A stretch of DNA of 64,000 bases from the IMG/VR virus record IMGVR_UViG_3300022866_000322, positions 157,343-221,342 of that record; one strand, 5' to 3'. Below are positions 29,659-40,397 of the stretch, in pieces. Position 1 is the first letter of the stretch. Each line of letters starts with the position of its first letter. The position numbers were made by a program, and so were the translations under genes. The notes under the pieces are model-generated. The model was not told where the DNA came from and did no database searches. It saw only the letters and a program-made list of their open reading frames with translations.

Positions 29659-32600
29659 CTATACCCTATTAAGTTGTCCTGCTGTAATAGCAGAAATAAT
29701 TTGTACATCATTAACTGTTGCCGCACTTATAAGAATCTCGTTTGGCTCTGTGTTAATCTGATATAAGTTACCAAAACTGTTTGACCCCGTATTAGGTACA
29801 ATTATGATACTACTCACTGTTGGTGTTAATTCACTATGCAAATATGCACTTAGTTCACTCATGTAAAATGATTCTCCGAAGTCCCAGTTGTTGATATCAA
29901 AGTAAGTGTTGATAGATTCAATTATTAAACTCTTTACTTCGTTATCACTTACGTTGGAACTAGGATTCTTAACCACTTTAAATGTTGCTCGCAACTCTGT
30001 CTCTGCTTTGCTACCAAACAAAGGTTTGAACGTTGCCGCGTTGTATATTAAACTGTCACTTACAGTTTTAAGATTTTCGATAGTGCTGTATGCTGTTTGT
30101 AAGTCTTCACTGGTTGGTGCAACCGGCTCTGGCAATGTTGCTGTTGTATCTGTAATGTATGCAGTGTAGTCGTCACCATATGCCTTGGTTAATATATACA
30201 GATCTATTAGGTTGTTTGGACTAGGATCTATTCTATTATTGTTTGGACTATTATGCTTGTATTGAAATGATACCTGCTCTCTACCAATTCTGGCAATGTA
30301 ATTTGTAAGTAACGTTATTGCAGTGCCGCTGGATCGGAAAAACTTATTGTCAGTGTACGCATAAAAGATTGTATCAATTGCGTACAAAGATATGTTGTTT
30401 AGAACGTCGCTTTCAGTTGCATAACTAGAAACTATGTCTGTCTTTGCAACAGGATCGTATTGCAGGAAGTTTACGGTATCTTGCGACTCTACAAAATATA
30501 TATACTTGTTCTGTGGATTAACTGTAGGGGCAACAAACGTAACAAACAAGTCAGGATCGTCAGGTACACCATCTAAATTTTCATCTGGGAACGTAACTAA
30601 TATTTTCCTATTATCAACAGTGCCATCTTCGGCGATAACACGATTGTCGATAGCCCATGATTGAGGATAGAAAATACTATCCGAACTGTCAGGCTTTGTG
30701 TTGGTCCTTAGTATCTTAATCTCATCTATTAATGTTGTAGCAGTCCTTGAGTCGTATACCTTTGCGTTTGGGTCGAAATAAAATCGTGTTTCTCTGACGC
30801 TTTCGAAGAAATATTTTGTTCCCCTGCTGGTCACATTGTATTCTTGATTGTCGTAGCTTAATCTCAAGAACCAACTGTTATCTAAATTTGTTCCTGTAGT
30901 GCTACCTGCATTGGTAAGACTAAAATTCCCAGTACCAATGTTGGCTTCGCTGACAATTTTCCACTCCATTTCACTTATATCATATCGCAATGCGAATGTT
31001 TTGAAACTTAAGATATTATCAATAATTGTAGTTATAAGTGTTGCTGGCCATGAGTTTTCAAATACTGGTATAACCTCACCTACTATTGCTGTACTAGGAA
31101 CAACCACACTCATTATAGCGTTGCCAACTCCAGGAGTTGGATAACTTATCACGCTTGCCCATATACTTGTACGTTGGAACTCAGTTGTAGGAGTGCCAGT
31201 TATAAGTTGATTTTGTGCATTAAAGTACTTGCCCGACGGAGCATTAAACTTTATAAGAGCTCCTTGGGTTAAGAATATATAATTATCAGAACTAAATGTT
31301 CCTGTACTACGTCCACTACTTGTAGAAACTTGTGTAAACGTTGCTGTTGGTGTTTGTCGTGTGGCAGTTCTGTAGTACAACTGTTTTACATCAGTCTGCG
31401 AAATAATATCTTGTATGGTAGTTTGTACCAGATTACTTACTTCACTCCTACTTGTAAACTGGAATGTTGACGCTACAGTAGAAACATCTTCTTTGTAGAT
31501 TTCTCCGTCTTCAGAAAAAATGTTTGTACTAGAATACTTGCCTGTTGCATCAATTACATCTAAGTATCTGCTTATGCCTGAACTACTTCTATTAACTGCT
31601 TTTGCTTTTAATATAGTACTGAAAGTGGTATACGGCAAGACATTGTAATCTTCCCCCGATACCATGCGATTCTGTGTGTAATATTGTTGTGGTGCTTTTG
31701 TTCTAATCTCGTCAAGAGACTCACGACTACTTGCATTTGTTACTGTATACTGTAAGCTGGCGCGAACTGATAAAGTTTCAGTACGTCCTGTTTTGCTACG
31801 ATACGGAATATTAATTGTAATAGAACTCATTTCCTCAGGTGTAATCTTATATGTCTGATTATTTGACAATCTGTAGTACAGTCTAAAATTACCGTCGGGA
31901 ATGTTTGTAAACGACCCGTCACCAAACACTAAATCAATTTGATCATTTGCCCGAGTACCGACACTGTATAAATTTCTTTCTGACGTATTATTATAGATTA
32001 CATTAATACCATTCACAGCCGGGACTTTAGTCCATTCTGTATCAATGGTTCCGTTGGAGTCTAATCCATACAGCCATACGTCGCTGTTATTAATGTTATT
32101 AAAATTAACATTTACTATACGGTTAGGTAAACTCTCACTGACGTTAAAATTTAAATTAAGCAGTTCACCTTGCTTAAAGTAGAAGAAATATCCAGTATTA
32201 TTTGATGCATTACCTTGATTGTCGTTTCTGTATAAAAAATTAAACAGGCCGTTGGGCTGTGGATCTTTTTCGTATACATATTCATACTCTGCTGTGGATG
32301 CGCTTACTACTTCGAATCTTGTTGTGACTCCGGATATGCTGGTGTTAAAAGAATTGACCGGAATAATGTTGTTTAACATTTTTACAGTATACTCATCAGT
32401 TTTGATACCATTGAGTGTTTTTGTTGCTCCGGGTTTACCTATGGATTGTGTAGTAAGCAAAGAAGCATTAAGCACGGCCGTAAATTGTTCTAGCCAGTTT
32501 TCGTTAGTACTGTCATTCCAGTTGATAATCGTGTTTGCAAGATTGTTACCTTCGCTGTCAAAGACGCTTTCGCTAGTAGAAACACTTTGAAACTTAATAA

Positions 32601-32949
32601 AGCCAGTGGCAGGTATATTGCGCTTGGGGTTGTAACTGATTAGTTTAGCCAGTTTGAGAATACTGTCTCTGCGCTCTGCTGTGTCTAAGAAGTTTTCTCT
32701 AGCATTCAAATCAGTTCTGAATGCTAAACTTTGCCCTAAGAATGCAATTAAATCAATTAGTGCAATGTATTCACTTGATTCAGTAAAGTCATTGAAGTCT
32801 TCAGGATAGTAAGTACGCAAGTACTCGATCATGCTCTTACGTATCGTTTCAAAATCAAAACTTTGAAAGTTTGCGTCTTTAAATGTTTGATAAATTTTAG
32901 TCCAATCCTGTTGAACTAATAAACTTGTTTGTCTTGTAGTAGTGGCCAT
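29659..32949 (-). CDS. gp6: Baseplate wedge protein, T4 gp6-like
   Basis: DFETIRKSMIEYL..DF..SSEYIALIDLIA..DLNARENFLDTAERRDSILKLAKLISYNPKR; ES.DEIR..AP..Y..QNRMVSGEDY. Confidence 0.9.
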   Translation of the reverse strand: MATTTRQTSLLVQQDWTKIYQTFKDANFQSFDFETIRKSMIEYLRTYYPEDFNDFTESSEYIALIDLIAFLGQSLAFRTDLNARENFLDTAERRDSILKLAKLISYNPKRNIPATGFIKFQSVSTSESVFDSEGNNLANTIINWNDSTNENWLEQFTAVLNASLLTTQSIGKPGATKTLNGIKTDEYTVKMLNNIIPVNSFNTSISGVTTRFEVVSASTAEYEYVYEKDPQPNGLFNFLYRNDNQGNASNNTGYFFYFKQGELLNLNFNVSESLPNRIVNVNFNNINNSDVWLYGLDSNGTIDTEWTKVPAVNGINVIYNNTSERNLYSVGTRANDQIDLVFGDGSFTNIPDGNFRLYYRLSNNQTYKITPEEMSSITINIPYRSKTGRTETLSVRASLQYTVTNASSRESLDEIRTKAPQQYYTQNRMVSGEDYNVLPYTTFSTILKAKAVNRSSSGISRYLDVIDATGKYSSTNIFSEDGEIYKEDVSTVASTFQFTSRSEVSNLVQTTIQDIISQTDVKQLYYRTATRQTPTATFTQVSTSSGRSTGTFSSDNYIFLTQGALIKFNAPSGKYFNAQNQLITGTPTTEFQRTSIWASVISYPTPGVGNAIMSVVVPSTAIVGEVIPVFENSWPATLITTIIDNILSFKTFALRYDISEMEWKIVSEANIGTGNFSLTNAGSTTGTNLDNSWFLRLSYDNQEYNVTSRGTKYFFESVRETRFYFDPNAKVYDSRTATTLIDEIKILRTNTKPDSSDSIFYPQSWAIDNRVIAEDGTVDNRKILVTFPDENLDGVPDDPDLFVTFVAPTVNPQNKYIYFVESQDTVNFLQYDPVAKTDIVSSYATESDVLNNISLYAIDTIFYAYTDNKFFRSSGTAITLLTNYIARIGREQVSFQYKHNSPNNNRIDPSPNNLIDLYILTKAYGDDYTAYITDTTATLPEPVAPTSEDLQTAYSTIENLKTVSDSLIYNAATFKPLFGSKAETELRATFKVVKNPSSNVSDNEVKSLIIESINTYFDINNWDFGESFYMSELSAYLHSELTPTVSSIIIVPNTGSNSFGNLYQINTEPNEILISAATVNDVQIISAITAGQLNRV

Positions 32950-32975
32950 ATTGTCATTAATACCTGTGTATTCAG

Positions 32976-32983
32976 TATTTATG
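32976..32983 (-). promoter_or_regulatory. Late promoter (CATAAATA)
   Basis: NATAAATA upstream of gp6. Confidence 0.7.
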
Positions 32984-33003
32984 GCGTTTAAAATATGCTA
33001 TTA

Positions 33004-33381
33004 TTATACTACTGCTACTTCCTGACTGTTTGAATTAAACTCTAACTTTAGGCTGGAGGAAAAGTTTCCGGGTAGGAATGTTAGTTCAATATCTACGTTG
33101 AGACCTTGTTCAAATTCGTTAATAATTACCCTATCCGCACGTAATCTTGGGTCGTATTTAACAATGCGAGTAATATCGTCAATTAGCACTGATTTTAGAT
33201 CCGCTGTCATAGGTTCGTAAAGGAGTCCCCAAATTATTGTACCAAAATTTGGATTCATTAACTTTTGCCCTTTGTTTATGTTGAAGTGATTAATTAAGTC
33301 CTGCCTGACCAATTCAAAGTCATTAAGATGGAACTTTTTAACTCTACCAACAGTACTGAAACCTCTATATCGTATAGCCAT
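33004..33381 (-). CDS. gp25: Baseplate wedge subunit, gp25-like
   Basis: LVRQDLINHFNINKGQKLMNPNFGTIIWGLLYEP...YDPRL, the GPW/gp25 signature. Confidence 0.88.
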   Translation of the reverse strand: MAIRYRGFSTVGRVKKFHLNDFELVRQDLINHFNINKGQKLMNPNFGTIIWGLLYEPMTADLKSVLIDDITRIVKYDPRLRADRVIINEFEQGLNVDIELTFLPGNFSSSLKLEFNSNSQEVAVV

Positions 33382-33398
33382 ATGTATATTTACTCCGT

Positions 33399-34910
33399 TT
33401 AACTGTCGGAAAGAACAACTCCGACGCCTAATGTATTAAAAGCATATCTGCCAGCATTAAAAAACAATGACCCAGGTCTATCTTGGCTGTCTACTACCAA
33501 ATCTGCATTTTGTTTCCATTCTTTAACCTTGGAAGATATTACTGTTGTGTATACACTAGATATTCTTGAATCAAGAATACCAATATTTGCTCCTGCTGAA
33601 TTTATAGCCCTGAGCTTTGCTAGTCCTTCTACGTTTGCAAACAACGCACTTTGTACAACTTGTGTTGTTCTTATTGCAACGTTAGTCAAATCTTCAACAG
33701 TGGAGTATAGTTTTCTTTCGCTTAGTGGAGTTGCGGAAGTTAGCGTAAACTTACTTGCTATGTCTGCTATGCCACTGTCAACATATTGCTGGTATGCTGT
33801 ATCTGCACTGCCCAAATAACTTAACGTGTTTGCCAAGTTGATAGCAAGATTTGATGTGCGAGCAATAACATAACTCAAGTCTGTGTTTCGTAACCTTGAC
33901 ACTGTTCCTGTCGCAATGTTACTGGTAATTGCTTTTCCTAATCTGAATGTACTGTTGTTTACAGTGTCTGTCATGGTGTGTATTTCGTATATACCATTAT
34001 AAGTTCCAGCACCCGACACCTGCACAGGTAATCCTTGCACAAACAGTGTTCTTAATCCTGTTGGAGATACGTCACTTAACGAATCGTTTGCACTGCCGAT
34101 ACTGCTAACAGGGTATTGTGCTGAACTGGTGACAGTTCCTGTGTCAACTGTAACAACAATGTTTGCGTTGCCTTGGTGTGGATCACTGTAGTCAAATTCA
34201 AACAAGTTTATTACATTGCCGACTGTTTTAACCCCGTTAAGCGAAGTGAGTAGTACGTCGGCTAGATTAGATTTACCTAGATTTGTATCCACTGTTACAG
34301 TTCTTCCTGAACCAAAACTGTGCGTAGCAGGGAAGGTGTTTATGAATGCAACATTACTCACTCGAGAAACATTAGCAGTAATATATACTTCGTCAGGCAC
34401 AGTAAAACTGGTGCGATAGGTGGATATATGATCCTGGAACTGGTATGCCACAGCAAGAATACCACAAATAATATCACCAGTGTCCCCGACTGTGATAACT
34501 CTTGCGTCTATGCATGCTTTGTATTGTTCAGTTAGATACCGTTCCATTATGCTATCTTGCACTGCTTGATTACTTAGGAAAGTTGCGATCGAGTCAATGC
34601 CATCTTTGCCTGACCATACTTCGCCATTTTCTATCAGATAACCATAATTAATTAGGGTCTTTATATGTACAGCGTATCTACCAAATCTTGGACCTAGGCT
34701 GTAGGCTAAGTTATTACCTGTTTCCATATAAGCAATTTGTGTCATCAATCCTTTAATACTATTCCGGCGTAGACCAGGAATACCAGGACTTATACTATCT
34801 ATCGAAACACCAAGTGCCGCACTGGGCAAGTTTAATATGCTCCTCGGAGCCAATTGGTTTGTCCTTGGTGCTTGCTTGGCTACAATAATGCCTTGATTTG
34901 GAATAGCCAT
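33399..34910 (-). CDS. Baseplate-associated protein, possibly a lysozyme-like domain with a large insertion
   Basis: IAYMETG..Y..GRY..FL.NQAVQD..GILAVAYQF resembles a lysozyme-like fold. It is followed by ~300 aa of S/T-rich sequence and a C-terminal KEWK..D..FFNAGRYA. Confidence 0.5.
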   Translation of the reverse strand: MAIPNQGIIVAKQAPRTNQLAPRSILNLPSAALGVSIDSISPGIPGLRRNSIKGLMTQIAYMETGNNLAYSLGPRFGRYAVHIKTLINYGYLIENGEVWSGKDGIDSIATFLSNQAVQDSIMERYLTEQYKACIDARVITVGDTGDIICGILAVAYQFQDHISTYRTSFTVPDEVYITANVSRVSNVAFINTFPATHSFGSGRTVTVDTNLGKSNLADVLLTSLNGVKTVGNVINLFEFDYSDPHQGNANIVVTVDTGTVTSSAQYPVSSIGSANDSLSDVSPTGLRTLFVQGLPVQVSGAGTYNGIYEIHTMTDTVNNSTFRLGKAITSNIATGTVSRLRNTDLSYVIARTSNLAINLANTLSYLGSADTAYQQYVDSGIADIASKFTLTSATPLSERKLYSTVEDLTNVAIRTTQVVQSALFANVEGLAKLRAINSAGANIGILDSRISSVYTTVISSKVKEWKQNADLVVDSQDRPGSLFFNAGRYAFNTLGVGVVLSDS

Positions 34911-36394
34911 TATATATCCTGTTGTTTCTTACTAGGTATCAGTGTTCCGTTATTCCTTTGCAGTTCACCTGTCTCTCTAGACCACGGTTCGTGCGTAGGG
35001 GTAAACGTTGCTATGCTATCAAGTGTACTGGCTGTATCAATTACCCAGCGTTTAGTAGTTGGGTCAAACTTTACATCATTTTGTTTGTATTGTTCCAATG
35101 GTGCTACACGGTTAGGAACATCAACAGACTTACCTGACGTGTTCAAATGTACTTGTGTACCAGTTAACCATAGTTCTCCTTGGCCAACTTGCCACCCACT
35201 GGTTGTGCCTGACTTAATTTTCAATTGTCCACCTACTCTTAAGTCGTATCTACCAGCGTCCATCAAATGCTCGTTAGCAACACGTTCACGCTTTTGTTGT
35301 GCTTGTACTTCTATGTTCTTTTCTGCAAAACAATTTATACTGTCTCCTGCTTGTATGTTAACATTTGCGTCTGCATGCAGGTTAATATCCAACTCACTAC
35401 GTACACTTAGTGTTTTAGCACTGTACACATTTACTGCACCGTTAGGAGTTAGTTCAACATACGCTGTTCCGTCTTTGTTGGTTATATAGATGATGTTTTC
35501 TGTGTCATGCATCAATATGGTATGGCCGCCAGCAGTACGTAATCTTACTAGATCGTTGTCACCGTAAATATCACCGTCATCCATAACCAGTGTATGACCA
35601 CCCGAACGTCCCTGCGGATTGTTAATTTGTGTGCGGTTATCTGGATTGCTTAACAGCTCGTTAACTGCTTCCTTTGACTCGGCGGTTTTTGTAACGTCAG
35701 GATATGGTCTTCCTGGTGTGCTTAAACCAAATACCCTGCTGGGTGATTCTCTCTGGCTGCTACTTGTAATTGTTCCTCTGACAGGATCTGTTTCTAAGCC
35801 TTGCTGTAATACCACTTCGGCTTGTATCTGATGGGCTACTCTTTTTAAATTCAACAGGTTGCCATCTTGATTTCTTTTATCATTGTTTAAGTTTACTTCA
35901 CTGGCAGGCAAGTAAACGTCTCCGTCCGTTAATCCCCTGCCTTCAAGACCGCTGCCTTTGAATATTGTTTTATCATTTTTTAGTCTACTGATGCCCGGTA
36001 ACATGTGTCTTGAATCAGCGTTGGGAACACACGCAAACCAGTATCCTCTACTGATGTCGCCTGCTACAAATGTAACCAATACTTGATTATCTATGTCTGG
36101 AGGGACAGCCCAGAATCCATAAGTTTGCTGTTCGTATGAAAAGAATTTGTCGTCCGATGTTGTGCCTCTGGTTGATCCTCCGAATGGGCTTGCGTAAGTT
36201 ACTGTAATGCCTACGTCTGACCCTTCAAAATGGCCTGACAGGTCTGGAATGTAAACTTCAAGTCTGCCTAGTCTCGCAGGGTCTACATTATTTTTAACAA
36301 TTCCTATATAAGGCCCAGAGTCTACAACAATACCCGAAGTACTGACTCTATCGTAGAGTGGATTAATACGTTTTCTATTTGTTGAATTTGCCAT
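34910..36394 (-). CDS. gp5: Baseplate hub / central spike protein, gp5/VgrG-like
   Basis: OB-fold start GIVKNNVDPARLGRLEVYIP..PPDIDNQVLVTFVAGD; GHTLVMDD..RLRTAGGHTILMHDT; beta-helix repeats. Confidence 0.8.
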   Translation of the reverse strand: MANSTNRKRINPLYDRVSTSGIVVDSGPYIGIVKNNVDPARLGRLEVYIPDLSGHFEGSDVGITVTYASPFGGSTRGTTSDDKFFSYEQQTYGFWAVPPDIDNQVLVTFVAGDISRGYWFACVPNADSRHMLPGISRLKNDKTIFKGSGLEGRGLTDGDVYLPASEVNLNNDKRNQDGNLLNLKRVAHQIQAEVVLQQGLETDPVRGTITSSSQRESPSRVFGLSTPGRPYPDVTKTAESKEAVNELLSNPDNRTQINNPQGRSGGHTLVMDDGDIYGDNDLVRLRTAGGHTILMHDTENIIYITNKDGTAYVELTPNGAVNVYSAKTLSVRSELDINLHADANVNIQAGDSINCFAEKNIEVQAQQKRERVANEHLMDAGRYDLRVGGQLKIKSGTTSGWQVGQGELWLTGTQVHLNTSGKSVDVPNRVAPLEQYKQNDVKFDPTTKRWVIDTASTLDSIATFTPTHEPWSRETGELQRNNGTLIPSKKQQDI

Positions 36395-39132
36395 TATGCT
36401 ATTCCTGCAGGATTACTAAAAGGTGGATTTTGTTGTATTTCTACAGTTGTGTTGTTTATGTTGGCCTTAGATGATTGGGTCTGCTGTTGTGCGGATTCCG
36501 GAACACCTTCTCCGTTAACTATAGGAAACACACCTGGGTCGGGACTGTTCCTTGCTTCTACTAATGCGGTGATATCGTTACCGGCTATGCCAAAGACATT
36601 GTTAACTTGTTGTACTTCAGGTTCGGGTGCAGACACAAAGTTTAGGTCGTCTTGTATACCCAGGACGTTGTTAATTTCTTGCACTTCGGGTAGAGAGTTG
36701 TCTGCGTCTGACTCGGGACTAAAATCAGTAAGTGTATTAGGCATTTTAATAATGTGTATAGTTTGTTCAAACTGTCCTTGCGAAAGTGTGCTTTCTACTG
36801 TTAGGACTTTGAATACTCCACTAAATGTAGAATCTAGTTTATAACCTGACGACAGTGTGTCAGCAGTATTGGGATTCATTATCCCAACATTATCATCTAT
36901 ATCTGTTGCACTTTTTACTAGGAGTTGCACATAAACTTGATTGGTATCAAAAACTATTTGTCCACTATTGTTTATGGGCAACTCTGGGGTTATGCCTTGT
37001 TTAAATTCATCGTACCCTCCGCGGGACGGATTATAGTACATGTCATCCTGTTTAATAAATGCCGGGTCACCAATTATTTTCATTTGAATACTAAGCATGT
37101 CTCCAGCAGACCTGCTGTAAATGCTACTTGCAATATCAGTAACTGTAATGCTTTTAAAGTCGTCGGTTCTATTTACTTGCCCTGATCCTGGGGCGTTTGC
37201 TCCCACAGGAATGAGCGAACTTGGTAGATCTCTAGGGGATTTATCAGTTGATATATACGGAAATTTATTTTCTTTTGATTTTATATCTGTCTCGTTACGT
37301 TTGGACAAACTAGATCCTGCTCTGTTCTTGAAGAATTGAGTTTTTGCGGTATAGAATGCAGTGTCGAACGTTATGTCAAGATCAATAATATCGGTATTTT
37401 TTCCTGTGTATCTATAATTGTATGTACGAACAACATTGTCTTTTGCTATCTTTGTTTTAGCAAAGTCGGGATGATTTGTATTTGCAGTAATATAGGGCAC
37501 GATATTATATGTAACTTCCATTGCATAGTCCTGCGCATCTCCGTTATCATATTCATTTAACTTAACCTCTGGTATAATCTTATACCAGTTTAGGAATTTA
37601 AATTCATCAAGACTTTCGTCTGCACCTGCACGCCCGTTAAACTCTTTTACTTGATCTGTTATGTAGTTACTCTTTTGCATTACCATGTCAATAACGCTAT
37701 TGATATTTGTTCCTTGCTGTATAGGGAAAGTTTGCTCTGTTCTGGCTTTTGGTATTTTTCCGTCACCAAATGACGCTTGCGCTTGAAGACCAGGAATTAC
37801 ACTCGCCGCCATAGGTACTGTTTTAAGTTCTGCTGTTAAAGGATTAACTATCTTGCTGTCAGCAAATAACGGATCGACGTTAAATTTAACAGTTAATCTG
37901 GGGAATTTAAAATTTGTATCAGGGCCACTGGTGCTTCTATACCATTCGTTAATACTGGCCGGGAAACTAGAAGTTGTGTCGCCTTCTTCTGAATTACCAA
38001 AGAACTCCCCAACAGTTCCTGCTCTGACTGTAAGCATTTTAGGGATAGATGCTGTTGTCTGTTGAAACGGAGAGTGATTATATGCTATGGCATTAATCTT
38101 GTACTCGGTATTTCCTTCACCCGGTGCAATTTTCATATTTAGAAACTTTATGGGAATACGTTTGGTGTCAATAATAAAATTGTTACCGTCTGGATCACTT
38201 GCATTTCCAAGAAAGTCAATTTGCAACATGTAAGGTTGCGCCAAGTAGTTTCCATCACCTGTTGTAATATTCGCACTTATTAACCTGTCCAGGAAAGTCA
38301 TGCCATACGGTTCTATGATGTCAAAGTCAAACGTAAGTGTATTACTTGCACGTGAGCTGGCATTCAATCCAACCACCGTAAACATTTTAAAATTATCAAT
38401 GCCAAAGTTAACTTTGAAATCAGGATGTCTATTGTTTAGTTCTCCGCCTCCACTTTGTACCAACAAGTTTTTAGGTACAAAACTACCTGGATTCTCAGTC
38501 AAGTCGTTATAATCATCCCTGGTTAAAAGGTATAGGCTAATTCTATATGTGCTACTTGCATAGTCATGCAGGACATTTGTGCGTTTCAGATCATCTTGGG
38601 ATACTGCCGCTTGTTGTGAAAGTTCATTCTGCTTTGTGTTGGCATCACTGGTTTTGTCTGATTGTGAACCCAATTGTAGTTCACCTTCTCCAACTAGTCT
38701 ACCGTCAAACCCATCGTCCTCATTGCTTACTACAGCAGGACGCTCTTGACCAAATGCAACTGCTTCTCCGTCTGGATTAAATACCGCTCCTGCGGCTTTG
38801 TTTTCTTCTTCGTCAGTTAACGGTTCTGGCTCGGACGTAAATGCTTGTACTCCTTCGCCTTTGAATGCAGGAGCTTCTGTGTTTTCTACTTGAGATTCAG
38901 CAGTTTGTCCCTTGGCGCTGTTTTGATCGCCTTGTTGATTTTTTAACGCATTAAGTTCTGCGCTGAGAGCTTCTGCTTCCCTGTTTAAATCTCTAAGGAT
39001 TCTCACATCAAAGAAAGGGTCAGCTCCAATTTTATTTTTGCCTTCAATCTGAAGTTCTAGGCTCTCTCTTCTTCCATCGATTCGATTGAGTCGTTGCTCT
39101 ATCTCATCAATTCTGTTTGGTATGAATGCCAC
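36394..39132 (-). CDS. Baseplate hub protein (gp27-like) with N- and C-terminal extensions
   Basis: NVLHDYASSTY..FDIIEPYG..PYMLQIDF..IIGDPAFI..FSGVFKVLTVESTLSQGQFEQTI; position between gp53-like and gp5-like genes; GTG start. Confidence 0.55.
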   Translation of the reverse strand: MAFIPNRIDEIEQRLNRIDGRRESLELQIEGKNKIGADPFFDVRILRDLNREAEALSAELNALKNQQGDQNSAKGQTAESQVENTEAPAFKGEGVQAFTSEPEPLTDEEENKAAGAVFNPDGEAVAFGQERPAVVSNEDDGFDGRLVGEGELQLGSQSDKTSDANTKQNELSQQAAVSQDDLKRTNVLHDYASSTYRISLYLLTRDDYNDLTENPGSFVPKNLLVQSGGGELNNRHPDFKVNFGIDNFKMFTVVGLNASSRASNTLTFDFDIIEPYGMTFLDRLISANITTGDGNYLAQPYMLQIDFLGNASDPDGNNFIIDTKRIPIKFLNMKIAPGEGNTEYKINAIAYNHSPFQQTTASIPKMLTVRAGTVGEFFGNSEEGDTTSSFPASINEWYRSTSGPDTNFKFPRLTVKFNVDPLFADSKIVNPLTAELKTVPMAASVIPGLQAQASFGDGKIPKARTEQTFPIQQGTNINSVIDMVMQKSNYITDQVKEFNGRAGADESLDEFKFLNWYKIIPEVKLNEYDNGDAQDYAMEVTYNIVPYITANTNHPDFAKTKIAKDNVVRTYNYRYTGKNTDIIDLDITFDTAFYTAKTQFFKNRAGSSLSKRNETDIKSKENKFPYISTDKSPRDLPSSLIPVGANAPGSGQVNRTDDFKSITVTDIASSIYSRSAGDMLSIQMKIIGDPAFIKQDDMYYNPSRGGYDEFKQGITPELPINNSGQIVFDTNQVYVQLLVKSATDIDDNVGIMNPNTADTLSSGYKLDSTFSGVFKVLTVESTLSQGQFEQTIHIIKMPNTLTDFSPESDADNSLPEVQEINNVLGIQDDLNFVSAPEPEVQQVNNVFGIAGNDITALVEARNSPDPGVFPIVNGEGVPESAQQQTQSSKANINNTTVEIQQNPPFSNPAGIA

Positions 39133-39135
39133 CTA

Positions 39136-39441
39136 TTAGACTCCCAAATCTGATTGGAGAGTTGTTTTCTTGGGGATATATATTTGTGCGCCTGGTCTGA
39201 AATCACGCAAAGGATCTTTAAGTACGTTAGGGTTGCGTTGTGCAAATACCCACCATAGTCTACTGTCGCCATACAAGTCGAACGCTAATATGTCCGGACG
39301 TAAATCGTAAACCTTGTCTATTTCATACAACACATCATCTGCTCTCTTGGTTATTGGTCTATTAACCATAACGTCAAGGTAATTGCCAGACACATTAGTG
39401 CTGGCATACGGACTCGATGTTGAATACTTTACGTTTGCCAT
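39136..39441 (-). CDS. gp53: Baseplate wedge gp53-like / LysM-fold protein
   Basis: RPDILAFDLYGDSRLWWVFAQRN..DPLRDFRPG..IYIP. Confidence 0.8.
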   Translation of the reverse strand: MANVKYSTSSPYASTNVSGNYLDVMVNRPITKRADDVLYEIDKVYDLRPDILAFDLYGDSRLWWVFAQRNPNVLKDPLRDFRPGAQIYIPKKTTLQSDLGV

Positions 39442-40382
39442 TAAATGAATCCTTTATCTAGCTGTTGGCCGGCTGCAAATTGTTCAAAGGAGAATTCCAA
39501 TTGTCGCTTACGGCTGTATACTGGTTGTAGAGAAATCATTATGTTACTCAATGTAGGAATACGTTGTCCGTTACTCGCTGATATATAGTCTACGCCAGGT
39601 GGCATTGTATGTGAAAAATTAGTAATCAAGCACGGAACATGTGGCAAATAGTGTTTACCGTATCCATCCAAGTATACTATCGGTGGCGGTGATCCTTGGA
39701 ATTCTCCTGAATTACCAAAAAACATTTTTGTTGCTGATCTAAAAAAGTGTAGTGTTGCTAACACATAGTCTGCATCAACAGATGTTTGTGCGGAGAATTC
39801 TCCTGCAATAGAAATAGCTTGCACTTCACTGCTTTGATAAAAGTAATTTGTGTAGTTACTGTGTGTTAGATTAGTGGAGTTGTATTTTGCTGTCTGCTGT
39901 ATTGTCAGAGTAGGAGCATAAGGAAATATTACCCCGTCAGTATTCAGCAACGGAAACATAATATCTCCGCCAGCTCTGTATAGTATGTTTGCGTTCGGGG
40001 AAACGCTGACTCTCACACGCCAATCACCATTGTTTCCGCTATTTGCGTCAGGCACCTGACTTCCGCCATCGGCAAAAGTAACCACGCCATCAATACCAAC
40101 TTCTCGCGTTTCAGCGCCTGGTGGTAAGAGGCCCGACACTAGTTTGCCATCAAATTTCTGGCCGCCCCCGGGGGCTAATTTTGCTCCAGCTAGTCTGGTC
40201 TGTTGCGGGTTAGGGTTTGGTGGAATAGCGGCTGTCCTATTATTTGATTTACCGTTTAGAAACGCAAAATCAGCGTCGCTGATTCCGCCGCGAGGTCCGT
40301 TAGGACTCTGATTAGTTTTTCTATTAGTAGTACCGAACCCTGTACCAGGATTGGAAAATATTCCAGATTTAACGACTGCCAT
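39441..40382 (-). CDS. Tail tube initiator, gp48/gp54-like
   Basis: IFPYAPT..HSNY..FYQSSEV..ISIAGEF..PPPIVYLDGYG..VPCLITNFSHTMP tube-fold pattern. Confidence 0.65.
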   Translation of the reverse strand: MAVVKSGIFSNPGTGFGTTNRKTNQSPNGPRGGISDADFAFLNGKSNNRTAAIPPNPNPQQTRLAGAKLAPGGGQKFDGKLVSGLLPPGAETREVGIDGVVTFADGGSQVPDANSGNNGDWRVRVSVSPNANILYRAGGDIMFPLLNTDGVIFPYAPTLTIQQTAKYNSTNLTHSNYTNYFYQSSEVQAISIAGEFSAQTSVDADYVLATLHFFRSATKMFFGNSGEFQGSPPPIVYLDGYGKHYLPHVPCLITNFSHTMPPGVDYISASNGQRIPTLSNIMISLQPVYSRKRQLEFSFEQFAAGQQLDKGFI

Positions 40383-40397
40383 TTTTTTAGATTCCTC

